Positions 18,052-28,288 of a stretch of DNA of 47,899 nt are shown here, piece after piece. Numbering within the stretch: the stretch's first letter is position 1; every line of letters begins with the position of its first letter. The translations under genes were made by a program, and so were the position numbers. The DNA lies in the NCBI GenBank assembly GCA_051745855.1, contig JBNJEK010000003.1:1-47899 (forward strand), written 5' to 3'. Below the pieces are notes generated by a model. It saw only the letters and a program-made list of their open reading frames with translations, was not told where the DNA came from and did no database searches. Origin of the DNA: Armatimonadota bacterium (GTDB taxonomy: Bacteria; Armatimonadota; Zipacnadia; Zipacnadales; UBA5352).

Positions 18052-20853
18052 ATGCTGACAACAATGCGGACGGTTGCTGCCGTGGTCTGTTCGGTGTGTT
18101 TGCTGGCCGTCACAGTCGCGCCTGCGGTGGCACAGAACGCTCGTACGACCGTCCAGCACCCCGCGGGTTTGACACGTATGCTCGTCGATGCCCCAGCGCT
18201 TATCGAGGTCGGCACGAGTGGCGACGATCCCACGTTCGTCTATCAGCCTGCCGGAAGATTCCAACTCTGGACCGGTCCGAATGCACCGACCGGTGGCAAT
18301 CCTCTGATCTCGGGGGACGAAGACCGCCCGTTCGCCAGCGTGGAGACGGGAACGGGGACCTGGGACCTCACCCAGTTCACCTCCAAGCTCACCATCTCGG
18401 TGGATGGCGAGCAGTTCGACCCCTACCTCGAGATGTTCAATCAGGATGACGAGACCAACGCGGCAGACCTGCCGCTTTTCTGGCTGACCGACCCTGTTGC
18501 CGGCGCACGCGACGTGGTTGGAGAGGTCCTTGTCCCGCTGACAACCGATGTGCCTGAAGATGATGAGCCGAACCTGCGCCTGCGCCAGAACTACGAGCTG
18601 GTCCACGACGGCGTCATGCTCGAGCACATCATCTACAACGAGGACACCTCCTCGCACAACGTCGGTTTTCGCGTTGCGATAGACGCCCTGTTCGGTGGTG
18701 CGACACGGGATGGCACATCGATCATCCTCGACGATGGAACTGTGCTGACCGCGGAAACCCAGATACCCGATTCCAACAATCCGAACGTCGAAATGCCTGA
18801 CTCGTGGATCTCGCACGACGATCCGGACAACCCCCTGATCAGCGTCAGTGGAACTATCGACGGGGATGAGGTGCGCGATGCCGGCATCGCTTCGGAGTCG
18901 GCCGGCAGGCCCGATTCGATCGCTTTCGGTCAATACCGCAACATCGCGCGTAATCGCCAGTTCGACTTCCAGCCGAATCCGAGGGCTTCGCTCACGGACG
19001 AGGACTGGGCATACGCGGTGCGCTGGGATGAGAGGGCACTGCAGCCCGGGCAGAGCAGGCGTTACGTGACCTACTACGGTCTCGGTGCGGCGGCGGTTGA
19101 CTACGATCCGCCCTACGCTCTGGCGGCCTATGCGCCGGCCTCGCTGCAGGTGGAGGAGGGCGATGACCCCGAAACACCCGAGACAGAAAGCTTCCACCTC
19201 GTGGATCCGGACGGGAACTCTGTGTTTGAGGTCGCGGCCGCTATCGACAACTTCGGCACGATGCCGATCAACAGCGCCAATGTTCGAATCAGTCTGCCGC
19301 CCGGTCTCGAACTGTATCCCGAAACGCAACGGTTCTCGATCTCCATGGGGACTATCATGCGCAATCAGGCTCCGCTGCCAATTGCGCGGTGGACGGTTCG
19401 GGCCGACGGGGCGCGCCCTGGCACCGCGGAGATCGAGATTACCGGTCCACTGGGCAAGGTCGTCAGGCGACAGATCAGCATCCCCGCGGTCCCGATCATC
19501 CCGGGTCGAGAATCGGAGCTTGGGCTCGAGATGCTTTCGGTACCCTATGAGTTCGTCAACTCAGATGCCAGCAACGTCTTCGGCTCACTGAGCGATTCCG
19601 TGCATCCCGGCGGACCGGCCGCCCTCTGGCGATACAATCCCGAGCGGCAGGAATACCAGAGCTACCCCGAACCGTTCGCATCGAACATCGAGCCTGGCCG
19701 TGGCCTTTGGCTGCTGAACCAGAACCGCGAGACGATCGTGCTGCCGGAGGACGCAGAGGAAGTGCCCGACAACCTCGCGTACAACGTCAGCGTCAGCGCT
19801 GGTTGGAATCAGATCGGGAATCCGTTCGTCGTGCCAATCCGCTTTGACCGGGTCGAGGTCATAGGTCCGGATGGCACACAGTGGAGCATCTCCGAAGCCG
19901 CCAATCGCGGACTGATTCTCCCGGTACTGTATGCATATGACGCCGCACAAAACGAGTACACGTGGGAGACTTCGCTTCAGGCGATGGATGTCGTGCCATT
20001 CGAGGGCTACTGGCTTTTGGCCTACCGGGACGTCACACTCGTCTTCCCGCCGCCGGGCCTCGGTACCGCCGCGACAGCGGCTACTGCCGACGCGCCGGCC
20101 CTTCCGGACGATGGCTGGCAGGTCGGGCTCGAGGTTGAGGCCGCGGGGCAGACGCGCGCTCCCAGGTATCTCGGCGCGGCGTCCGGCGCCAGTGACCAGA
20201 TGGATGTGATGGACGTTCCCGCGCCACCTGCGCTTCTTCGCGCAGGCCCCGAGCTTGACGCCTGGTTCACGATCGAGGGCGCTGAGAATGCGCCGCGCTA
20301 CCTGGCGGACACCCGCAGTGCGGATACCGCGCGACAGACCTACAACCTGACAGTCCTGTCCGAGGCGCCTGGCGCGCCGGTCACGATTCGCTGGCCGGGG
20401 CTGTCGAGCAGTCTGCCTGATGACATGGTCGCGACTCTCGAGGATGTCGCGGCGGACCGACGGGTGTACATGCGGACGAGCGAGTCGTACACATTCAACT
20501 CGCAGACCGGTGGCGCGCGGCAGTTCACCATCACCGTGCGGCCGCGAGCAGAGGCAACGCTTGGTCTCAGCGCGACGGCCCATGCAGTGGCCGGCGCCGG
20601 ACTGGAGATCGCCTACACCCTCAGCAGCGACGCGGCTGTGGACGTCGAGATTCGCAACATAGCCGGCCGGGTCGTGCGCAAACTCGCGGATAATCGCGGC
20701 GCATCGGAGGGACAGAACACTCTGATGTGGAACGGAGTGAGTGAGGCAGGCACCGCCGTGCCCGCCGGAACGTATATCGTTCAGGTAACTGCTCGCTCGC
20801 CAGAGACTGGTGAGCAAACGAGCGTGATCCGGACAGCGACCCTTGCACAGTGA
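18052..20853 (+). CDS. Exported protein with an unknown beta-rich N-terminus and the shared C-terminal module (FlgD-Ig-like end)
   Basis: Signal ending PAVA-Q; GWNQIGNPF, VYMRT and NIAGR..WNG..PAGTYIV. Start uncertain (18037 or 18052). Confidence 0.75.
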   Translation: MLTTMRTVAAVVCSVCLLAVTVAPAVAQNARTTVQHPAGLTRMLVDAPALIEVGTSGDDPTFVYQPAGRFQLWTGPNAPTGGNPLISGDEDRPFASVETGTGTWDLTQFTSKLTISVDGEQFDPYLEMFNQDDETNAADLPLFWLTDPVAGARDVVGEVLVPLTTDVPEDDEPNLRLRQNYELVHDGVMLEHIIYNEDTSSHNVGFRVAIDALFGGATRDGTSIILDDGTVLTAETQIPDSNNPNVEMPDSWISHDDPDNPLISVSGTIDGDEVRDAGIASESAGRPDSIAFGQYRNIARNRQFDFQPNPRASLTDEDWAYAVRWDERALQPGQSRRYVTYYGLGAAAVDYDPPYALAAYAPASLQVEEGDDPETPETESFHLVDPDGNSVFEVAAAIDNFGTMPINSANVRISLPPGLELYPETQRFSISMGTIMRNQAPLPIARWTVRADGARPGTAEIEITGPLGKVVRRQISIPAVPIIPGRESELGLEMLSVPYEFVNSDASNVFGSLSDSVHPGGPAALWRYNPERQEYQSYPEPFASNIEPGRGLWLLNQNRETIVLPEDAEEVPDNLAYNVSVSAGWNQIGNPFVVPIRFDRVEVIGPDGTQWSISEAANRGLILPVLYAYDAAQNEYTWETSLQAMDVVPFEGYWLLAYRDVTLVFPPPGLGTAATAATADAPALPDDGWQVGLEVEAAGQTRAPRYLGAASGASDQMDVMDVPAPPALLRAGPELDAWFTIEGAENAPRYLADTRSADTARQTYNLTVLSEAPGAPVTIRWPGLSSSLPDDMVATLEDVAADRRVYMRTSESYTFNSQTGGARQFTITVRPRAEATLGLSATAHAVAGAGLEIAYTLSSDAAVDVEIRNIAGRVVRKLADNRGASEGQNTLMWNGVSEAGTAVPAGTYIVQVTARSPETGEQTSVIRTATLAQ

Positions 20854-20911
20854 CACTCGGGGTCACCTTTCGTAGCACGCAGCCGACACGCGGAAAGATG
20901 AGGAGAATGCA

Positions 20912-21985
20912 ATGATGACGCCGATACGATCCAGCAAGCTGGTCGGTCCCGTCGGCATTATGCTCGCGATGGTCATGCTGGCGGTCCTGGTGCCGACGAG
21001 CGTCTTGCCCCATGCGGATGCGCAGGGGCAAAACCGGCTGCTGCTGTTGTTCCCGGTGATCGACGGTAGCGCGTCGGACCAGGAGGACGTGGCCACCCGG
21101 ATGACCGCCTACCTCCAGATGGCCATGAACCAGAGCGTGGACATGAGAGTGGCTGAGTTCTCGCGCACCAATCCGCTGGTGCTCAGGGCGGTCGAGGAGG
21201 GCCGGATCCGGGCGGTGGACCTTGAAACTGAGGTGCGCGACCCGATCACGGCGATCCAGCTTGGCTTCGCCCTCGATGCCGACGAGGTGTGTCTTGCGAC
21301 CATCACCTCCATCGATGTCAGCGAAGAGCCGCTTCAGGTGGAGCTTCTGCTGAACGGGCAGTGCTACGACGTAGCGGCCAACATCGACGCTGAGACGATG
21401 CAGGTGGCGGAGAGTCCGGAGCCCAGCAACACATTCGGCGTCTCCGGATCGAGCAATGTCCGTGAGGGCTACGACGCTTCCATCCAGCCGCTGCTCCGCG
21501 AGGCGATGAAGTCCGCTGCCACCGCTGCCGCGAGCGTGCTGTCGGGCGAGCCGGCCGAGGAGGCCGCTCAGAAGAAGGAGAAGCGCGATGACAAGAGCTG
21601 GCGATGGATCGTTGCCGGCGCTCTGATTGCCGGCCTCATCGTCGCGTCTGAGAGCGGTGGCAATGGCGGCGACCAGCCCGCTGATGAGGCACTGGCACCG
21701 CGGCCGTTGCGCATGGAGATAGAACCGTCGGCGATCGAGCTGTTCTGGGCGCCACCGAACACCACGTTAACGGTGCTGCGCTACGATCTGCAGCGCTCAA
21801 CCGACAACGGCGCAACATGGAATCCGGTGCCGAATTCCCAGGGCAACATTCTTCCCGACGACACGGTCTTCGCTGACTTCGCTGTGGTTGAGGGCCAGTC
21901 ATATCGGTACCGCATTCGCGCGCAATACACCACCACGGGGCCGTCGCCATGGGCAGAGTTCGGCGACGTGCAGTTCCCTGGATAG
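20912..21985 (+). CDS. Exported protein paralogous in architecture to 11419-13368 (CsgG/TolB-N-like domain, internal hydrophobic helix, FN3 domain)
   Basis: SD AGGAG; signal ending HADA-Q; WRWIVAGALIAGLIVAS; FN3 pattern IELFWAPP..YDLQRS..SYRYRIRA. Confidence 0.7.
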   Translation: MMTPIRSSKLVGPVGIMLAMVMLAVLVPTSVLPHADAQGQNRLLLLFPVIDGSASDQEDVATRMTAYLQMAMNQSVDMRVAEFSRTNPLVLRAVEEGRIRAVDLETEVRDPITAIQLGFALDADEVCLATITSIDVSEEPLQVELLLNGQCYDVAANIDAETMQVAESPEPSNTFGVSGSSNVREGYDASIQPLLREAMKSAATAAASVLSGEPAEEAAQKKEKRDDKSWRWIVAGALIAGLIVASESGGNGGDQPADEALAPRPLRMEIEPSAIELFWAPPNTTLTVLRYDLQRSTDNGATWNPVPNSQGNILPDDTVFADFAVVEGQSYRYRIRAQYTTTGPSPWAEFGDVQFPG

Positions 21986-22010
21986 GCGGTAACCGTCTGA
22001 GTTGACCTGT

Positions 22011-24038
22011 ATGACTGCCTGTGATGACGGCTGCCCGCGGCGTCGAGCGCGCCAGCGGGCAGCCCCGCTTAAGGTCAGCGTCAGCCGAGCGCTGCTGGTA
22101 CTTGTCGCAGCGCTGGGCTGCGTCAGCGCGTGCGCGCAGGTGCCCCGCCTGAACGGAGTTCGCGTCAATCTGTGGCCAAGTCCGCGTGTGGTGCCGGCGG
22201 ACGGGAAGACCCAGGCCACCATCCGCGCCGATCTTCGCGACCGCAACGGCATGCCAGTCGCGGATGGCACCACGGTCGTCTTCAGGATCGACGGCGGAGA
22301 CCTGAGCCTCGATGGCAACGAGCGGCGACAGGTGATCTCCACCGAGACGACGAACGGCTCCGCGACGGTCTTTGTGACCGGGACCGAGACGGGCACCGCG
22401 ACGGTCTATGCCGAACTGACAAGCGGCGAGGGGCGGAACCAGGCCAGCGTCGCCTTCGTTGAGGAGGGCAGTTCACTCCTCGGCGGCACCGGGGTCGTGC
22501 ATGTCCGCGGGAACTGGGTCGGCTATGCTCTGGATCTCGCCATCATCGAAGCGCGCGATGAGGCAGAGGTGGAGTTCGCAGGGGTAAAGGTCGTCTCGCC
22601 CGATGTCCTTCAGGTTGATGTGCGCAGCTTGACTGTCAAGGCGATGAACGCCGAAGTGCACGCGCCTGGCGGGGTCATCGAGGCGACCGACCTCAGCTAC
22701 AACCTCCTGTCGGGGCAGGGGACCCTTCGCCGCATGGGTGAGGCGGAGTATGAGGAACTGTGTTTCGACTGCTACACGCTCGAAGAGCGCGAACCCGACT
22801 ACGACCTGCAGGCTGAGACGTTCCGGCTTGACACCGGCAATGCCGCGGTGTGGGCGGTGGCGGACGGAGTGTCGGTCCATCCTCAGGAGAAGGTCGTCCT
22901 GCGTCACGCGACGCTCTACGCCGGCGGGAAGAAGGTCACGTCCCTCCCGAAATACTGGATCATCGCGATGCCGGGATATACCGGGACGACGCACTCGCGT
23001 GTTCTCGGCGTCAACTCCAGCGGCGAGATCGCGGTTGACTTCCCCTACTTCTACAATGTGACTGAGACACGTACGAGCGCGATCAAGCTCCAGCACGGCG
23101 CCTCATCGGGGCGCGTCATCGCGCGTGATGACTGGTCGCTGGCCCTGGAGGAGAGCTACGACACGGGCAGCGCGGAAGGGAGCGTGTCGCTGGTCGGGCT
23201 CCCGCGTGATGACTGGGGCCTGCAGTGGCGCGATCAACGAAATCTTGGCGGCCGGCGCGACGGCTACTTCACGGTCTACTCGCCCGACCACAAAAGCTGG
23301 TATGCGGACGCCAACGTATACGAGATCACCGGCGATCGCCGGCTGAATCTGACAGCGTCGCTCCGGCGGCCGAGCGGTGGGGATTTCTCTTACTCCCTCG
23401 GCGCCGACTGGCTCACCATGAATCAGCCGCTCGGTCTGTGGGATGCGAGCTATCGCCTCGGCACCTCCGTCGGCCTTCGTCACATCGACGGCTTTGATGA
23501 CGGGATCGTCGCCGAGAATCAGCTTTACGGTGCGATCGACCTGCCACGATATCACCTCGGCGAACGCACATCGGTCACCCCAAGCTTCAGCAACCTCTTC
23601 ACATGGGACACCGCTGGATACAACTTCAACACCGTGCGCGGTGAACTGAGGCTGCGTCAGATCGTCAGTAGTGATAAGTCGGTGAACGTTTCGTACCGGG
23701 GGGATCTGACGAGTGGGGAGGGTGCTCGGGGCTACCGCCACTCGGTGAGTCTCGATCTGCGCGCCTATCACGGCCGTCGCATATCGAGCTACGCCACAAC
23801 GACGTACGACCTCAGCGACTCCGAGTTCTACGGCTTCGGCCTGATCGACTATCAGATCGACGACAGGTGGCGGCTCGGGCTGGCCGGGACCTACTACGAC
23901 CTGGGCGAGACAGCCTACGACGATGTGCAGGTGACCGTGGCCAGACGGCTGGGGCCGACTGAGGTAGGGCTGCGATGGTCTGAGGAGAGCGGGCGGCTTT
24001 CATTGGAGCTGGGCGACTTCGGCGGGCTTGGGATGTAA
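22011..24038 (+). CDS. Exported protein with an invasin/Big_1 Ig domain followed by an LptD/OstA-like region and a probable outer-membrane beta-barrel
   Basis: [31 protein letters not shown] is Big_1-like; the C-terminal half is rich in amphipathic aromatic beta-strands. Start uncertain. Confidence 0.6.
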   Translation: MTACDDGCPRRRARQRAAPLKVSVSRALLVLVAALGCVSACAQVPRLNGVRVNLWPSPRVVPADGKTQATIRADLRDRNGMPVADGTTVVFRIDGGDLSLDGNERRQVISTETTNGSATVFVTGTETGTATVYAELTSGEGRNQASVAFVEEGSSLLGGTGVVHVRGNWVGYALDLAIIEARDEAEVEFAGVKVVSPDVLQVDVRSLTVKAMNAEVHAPGGVIEATDLSYNLLSGQGTLRRMGEAEYEELCFDCYTLEEREPDYDLQAETFRLDTGNAAVWAVADGVSVHPQEKVVLRHATLYAGGKKVTSLPKYWIIAMPGYTGTTHSRVLGVNSSGEIAVDFPYFYNVTETRTSAIKLQHGASSGRVIARDDWSLALEESYDTGSAEGSVSLVGLPRDDWGLQWRDQRNLGGRRDGYFTVYSPDHKSWYADANVYEITGDRRLNLTASLRRPSGGDFSYSLGADWLTMNQPLGLWDASYRLGTSVGLRHIDGFDDGIVAENQLYGAIDLPRYHLGERTSVTPSFSNLFTWDTAGYNFNTVRGELRLRQIVSSDKSVNVSYRGDLTSGEGARGYRHSVSLDLRAYHGRRISSYATTTYDLSDSEFYGFGLIDYQIDDRWRLGLAGTYYDLGETAYDDVQVTVARRLGPTEVGLRWSEESGRLSLELGDFGGLGM

Positions 24039-24196
24039 ACCGGGGGCGAAGGGTCAGCCCCGACGCCGGCAGCATCAAAATCCCTCTGCTCAGTGGTGGT
24101 GCTGTGCGGGTCCTGATGGCAAAGGTGACCTCGAATCCTCTCTCCGCCTGATGCTGCCTCGCCCGTCCCCCTGCACGACATTTCTCACAGGTTTTG

Positions 24197-24205
24197 TGTT
24201 ATCAT
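24197..24205 (+). promoter_or_regulatory. Extended -10 promoter upstream of uvrB
   Basis: TGtTATCAT about 60 nt before the uvrB ATG. Confidence 0.45.
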
Positions 24206-24267
24206 GGAGTGAAATGAACCGCGCGCCCGAGATGGGTGGGCGGATGATTCTGACCGGGTGGACAACA

Positions 24268-26250
24268 ATGCGCAAGTTCGAGGTTGTATCAGAATTTGAG
24301 CCAGCAGGCGATCAGCCGCAGGCGATTGAGGCGCTCAGTGCAGGCATCCGAGACGGCCTGCAGCACCAGGTGCTGCGTGGTATCACCGGGTCGGGGAAGA
24401 CCTACGCGATCGCAAAGGTGATCGAGGAGGTCCAGAAGCCGACGCTGGTGGTGGCGCACAACAAGACGCTGGCGGCGCAGTTGTGTTCGGAGTTTCGCGA
24501 ATTCTTCCCGGAGAACTCCGTAGAGTTTTTTGTCAGTTACTACGACTACTATCAGCCGGAAGCGTATCTGCCGACCACGGATACGTACATCGAGAAGGAT
24601 TCGCAGATCAACGAGGAGATCGATCGACTGCGGCATTCAGCCACGCAGGCGGTGATGGAGCGGCGGGACGTGGTGGTCGTGGCGTCTGTGTCATGCATCT
24701 TCGGTCTCGGCTCGCCTGATCAGTACGAGGAGGTCACGCTGCGTCTGCATCAGGGGCAGACGGTGGATCGGGACGAGATTCTCGAGCAGCTTGTGAAGAT
24801 GCAGTTCGCGCGGAATGACTACGAGCCGCGGCGCGGCACCTTCCGCGTCCGGGGCGATGTCATTGAGATCACACCGATGGACGAGGATGAGGTCGTGCGG
24901 GTCGAGATGTGGGGCGACGAGATCGAGCGGATCATGGTGATCAACCAGCTCACCGGAGAGATCGTGGAGGAGAAGGCCACGGCGGTGATCTTCCCGGCCA
25001 CCCACTTCGTCGCGTCGCGCCAGCGCACTGAGAACGCGCTCGCCGCTATTGAGGCGGAACTCGAGGAGCGTCTGGCGTACTTCCATCGTGAGAATATGCT
25101 GCTGGAGGCGCAGCGGCTGGAGCAGCGGACGATGTACGATCTCGAGATGATACGCGAGGTCGGCTACTGCACCGGGATTGAGAATTACTCGAGGCACTTT
25201 GACGATCGTGAACCAGGGGACGCGCCGTTCACGTTGATGGATTACTTCCCCGATGACAAGCTGCTGATCATCGATGAGTCCCATCAGACGGTGCCGCAGA
25301 TTCAGGCGATGTACCACGGTGACCGATCGCGCAAGCTCAGCCTGGTGGGGCACGGCTTCCGTCTGCCGTGCGCGCTGGACAACCGGCCGCTCACGTTCCG
25401 CGAGTGGGAGCAGCGGATCGGGCAGGTCATCTACACGTCCGCGACGCCGGGCGACTACGAGATGGAGCATGCGGAGAAGTTGACTGAGATCGTCATCCGA
25501 CCGACCGGACTGGTGGACCCGGAGGTGGAGGTGCGCCCGACGAAGGGGCAGGTTGACGACCTCGTGGGGGAGATCCGCAAGCGGGCCGACAGGAACGAGC
25601 GCGTGCTGGTGACGACGTTGACCAAGCGGATGGCGGAGGACCTGGCGGACTATCTCGCTGAATTGGACATCCGCGTCCACTATCTGCACTCGGATATTGA
25701 CACGATGGAGCGGACCGAGATCCTCCGCGACCTGCGCCTCGGCACGTTCGATGTGCTGGTCGGCATCAACCTCCTGCGCGAGGGACTGGATCTGCCCGAG
25801 GTCTCGCTGGTGGCGATCCTCGATGCCGATCGCGAGGGCTTCCTGCGCTCGGAGACATCGTTGATTCAGACGATGGGGCGGGCGGCGCGTAACGTCGAGG
25901 GAAGGGTGATCATGTACGCCGACGAGATCACCGCCTCGATGCGGCGAGCGATGGACGAGACGGAGCGGCGACGCGAGAAGCAGATTGCGCACAACGAGGA
26001 GCACGGGATCACGCCGCAGACGATTCGTAAGAAGGTGCATGAACTGATCCGCTTCCACCAGGAGGCGGCGGACAAAGCTGAGCGCACGGTGCCCGAGGAG
26101 GTCGCCGGGGAACTTGCCGCGGCGGACCTTGATGCGCTGATCTCGGCGCTGGAGGACGAGATGCAGTCGGCAGCGGCCGACCTGGAGTTCGAGCGGGCGG
26201 CGGAGTTGCGAGATGAGATCGAGGAACTGCGCGAGAAGGCGGCGCGCTGA
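24268..26250 (+). CDS. uvrB: Excinuclease ABC subunit B
   Basis: [54 protein letters not shown] and a C-terminal UVR domain. Confidence 0.99.
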   Translation: MRKFEVVSEFEPAGDQPQAIEALSAGIRDGLQHQVLRGITGSGKTYAIAKVIEEVQKPTLVVAHNKTLAAQLCSEFREFFPENSVEFFVSYYDYYQPEAYLPTTDTYIEKDSQINEEIDRLRHSATQAVMERRDVVVVASVSCIFGLGSPDQYEEVTLRLHQGQTVDRDEILEQLVKMQFARNDYEPRRGTFRVRGDVIEITPMDEDEVVRVEMWGDEIERIMVINQLTGEIVEEKATAVIFPATHFVASRQRTENALAAIEAELEERLAYFHRENMLLEAQRLEQRTMYDLEMIREVGYCTGIENYSRHFDDREPGDAPFTLMDYFPDDKLLIIDESHQTVPQIQAMYHGDRSRKLSLVGHGFRLPCALDNRPLTFREWEQRIGQVIYTSATPGDYEMEHAEKLTEIVIRPTGLVDPEVEVRPTKGQVDDLVGEIRKRADRNERVLVTTLTKRMAEDLADYLAELDIRVHYLHSDIDTMERTEILRDLRLGTFDVLVGINLLREGLDLPEVSLVAILDADREGFLRSETSLIQTMGRAARNVEGRVIMYADEITASMRRAMDETERRREKQIAHNEEHGITPQTIRKKVHELIRFHQEAADKAERTVPEEVAGELAAADLDALISALEDEMQSAAADLEFERAAELRDEIEELREKAAR

Positions 26251-26255
26251 TCGGC

Positions 26256-28190
26256 ATGACAGAGCAGATTGCGGAGAAACTCAAGACAGTCCCGAACGAG
26301 CCTGGCGCGTACATGATGCTCGACGAGAGCGGGGACGTGATCTACGCGGGCAAGGCGCGGTCGCTACGTAAGCGGCTCCAGCAGTGGTTCCGGGATGATG
26401 ACAAGCACAGTCCGTGGGCGGCGACGATGGTGCGCACAGCCGCGGACATCGACTACATCGTCACACGATCGGACCTTGAGGCGCTGACGCTGGAGTACAA
26501 CCTGATCAAGGAGCATCAGCCACGCTTCAACATCAAGATGGCTGATGACAAGAGCTATCCCTATCTGCGGCTTACCTCGGAGGACTACCCCCGGCTGACG
26601 GTCGTGCGCGACCTGCGGCCAGGCGCGCAGGTGGACCTTCCGGGGCGTTACAAGCAGGACCGGGGTCTGCACGATCCGCGCGCGCAGGAGGTGCTCAGCC
26701 TGCGGGAGGGGCGTCTCTTCGGGCCCTTCCCCAGCGCCAGCGCGATGCGCAGGACGATGCGCGTGGTGCAGCAGCTCTTCGGCCTGCGCAGTTGCCGGCG
26801 GACGCTCACCGGGGAGGCCAGCGGTCGGCCGTGTCTGAACTACCAGATCGACCGCTGTGTCGGCCCGTGCACGGGGCAGGTGAGCGCGGAGGAGTACGAG
26901 CAGATCTGCGACGAAGTGGCGCTCTTTCTGTCGGGGAAGTCCGACGAGGTGATCGAGCGCCTTGAGACGGAGATGGAAGCTGCCGCCGGGGAGCTTGAGT
27001 TCGAGCGGGCCGCGCAGCTTCGCGATCGGCTCCAGGCGGTCAGAAAAGTCACCGAGGGGCAGTTGATGGTGGCGACAGAGGAGCGCGAGCAGGACGCGCT
27101 CGGCGTGGCGGTGGAGAACGGCCGAGCGGTGGTGGCGATTCTCTCGGTGCGACGCGGACGGCTGCTGGAGAAGGATCAGTACACCATCGAGGGTACGTCA
27201 GGCCGCGCGCCGGGTGAGGTGCTTGAGGAGTTCCTGGGGCGGCACTACGCCGAGGCGCATATCCCACGCGAAGTGCTGCTCGGGCATGAGGTCGAGGACC
27301 CGGAGGGCTGGGCGGAAGTGCTGACCCAGATCCGCGGGGTGAAGGTGCGCGTGCACGCACCGCAGCGAGGGGAGAAGAAGCGCCTGACGGAGTTGGCGAC
27401 ACACAATGCGGAACTTGCGCTCAAGGGCGCGGCGGCGACACCTCAGGAGCGGCGGGCGCATGAGGCGCTATCCGAGCTTGAGGAGGTCCTGGAGCTGGAT
27501 GAGCCGCCTCAGCGGATGGAGTGTTACGACATCTCGACGACGCAGGGCCGGGAGAGCACCGGATCGATGGTGGTGTTCACCGCCGGGATGCCGGAGAAGT
27601 CGTCCTACCGCCGTTTCCGCATACGTGAGACCGAAGGCAAGCCTGATGACTTCGCGATGATGGCCGAGGTATTGCAGCGCCGCCTCCGGCGGGCCGCCGA
27701 GGGCGATGAGAAGTTCCTGCCGCTTCCCGACCTGCTGGTCGTCGATGGCGGCAAGGGGCAACTGAGTGTCGCGGTGCGGGCGCTCAATGCATGGGAGATC
27801 GACGACGTGGCCGTGGCCTCGCTCGCCAAGCGCGAGGAGGAGGTCTTCGTCCGGGGACGATCCGATCCGGTGGACATGACCGACTGCCCTGAGGCGCGCC
27901 GACTGCTGCAGCAGATGCGCGATGAGGCACACCGCTTCGCGATCGCACATCACCGCGGGGTGCGCGAGAAGCGCCTCACCGAGTCGGTGCTGGAGGCCGC
28001 GCCGGGGATCGGCCCCGCGCGACGCAACATGCTGCTGACGAGCTTCGGGTCGATCGACGCCATCGCGCGAGCGTCGGTCGAGGAGCTTGCGAACGTGCCC
28101 GGAATGACGGAAGGCGCGGCGCAGGCCGTGGCGGAGTTGATGGAGGAGTACGACGCGACCGGCGACGCGGACGCCATGGACAGAGGTTGA
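26256..28190 (+). CDS. uvrC: Excinuclease ABC subunit C
   Basis: GIY-YIG domain (PGAY..IYAGKA), DDKSYPYL, Cys cluster, UVR, ECYDIS, VDGGKGQL, RDEAHRFA, HhH. Confidence 0.97.
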   Translation: MTEQIAEKLKTVPNEPGAYMMLDESGDVIYAGKARSLRKRLQQWFRDDDKHSPWAATMVRTAADIDYIVTRSDLEALTLEYNLIKEHQPRFNIKMADDKSYPYLRLTSEDYPRLTVVRDLRPGAQVDLPGRYKQDRGLHDPRAQEVLSLREGRLFGPFPSASAMRRTMRVVQQLFGLRSCRRTLTGEASGRPCLNYQIDRCVGPCTGQVSAEEYEQICDEVALFLSGKSDEVIERLETEMEAAAGELEFERAAQLRDRLQAVRKVTEGQLMVATEEREQDALGVAVENGRAVVAILSVRRGRLLEKDQYTIEGTSGRAPGEVLEEFLGRHYAEAHIPREVLLGHEVEDPEGWAEVLTQIRGVKVRVHAPQRGEKKRLTELATHNAELALKGAAATPQERRAHEALSELEEVLELDEPPQRMECYDISTTQGRESTGSMVVFTAGMPEKSSYRRFRIRETEGKPDDFAMMAEVLQRRLRRAAEGDEKFLPLPDLLVVDGGKGQLSVAVRALNAWEIDDVAVASLAKREEEVFVRGRSDPVDMTDCPEARRLLQQMRDEAHRFAIAHHRGVREKRLTESVLEAAPGIGPARRNMLLTSFGSIDAIARASVEELANVPGMTEGAAQAVAELMEEYDATGDADAMDRG

Positions 28191-28235
28191 TCGACGTCCG
28201 GCGAGGTGGCCGGACGCCGGCCCGGGATGTGAAGA

Positions 28236-28261
28236 CGGGGCGCCCGAAGGTGGGCGCCCCG
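28236..28261. terminator. Hairpin between convergent uvrC and aconitase
   Basis: CGGGGCGCCC-GAAGGT-GGGCGCCCCG forms a perfect 10-bp stem. Confidence 0.65.
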
Positions 28262-28288
28262 ATGTGATTCATGTCCGCGACCGCGCGC

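Noticed and set aside
6283-24038. Prophage, ICE or flagellar locus (because of the FlgD/FlgT-like domains)
   Set aside because: No integrase, att repeats, phage or flagellar core genes; composition looks similar to the flanks.
24028-24267. N-terminal extension of UvrB and an SOS box
   Set aside because: Homology starts at MRKFEV (24268). No GAAC-N4-GTTC or CTGT-N8-ACAG box was seen.
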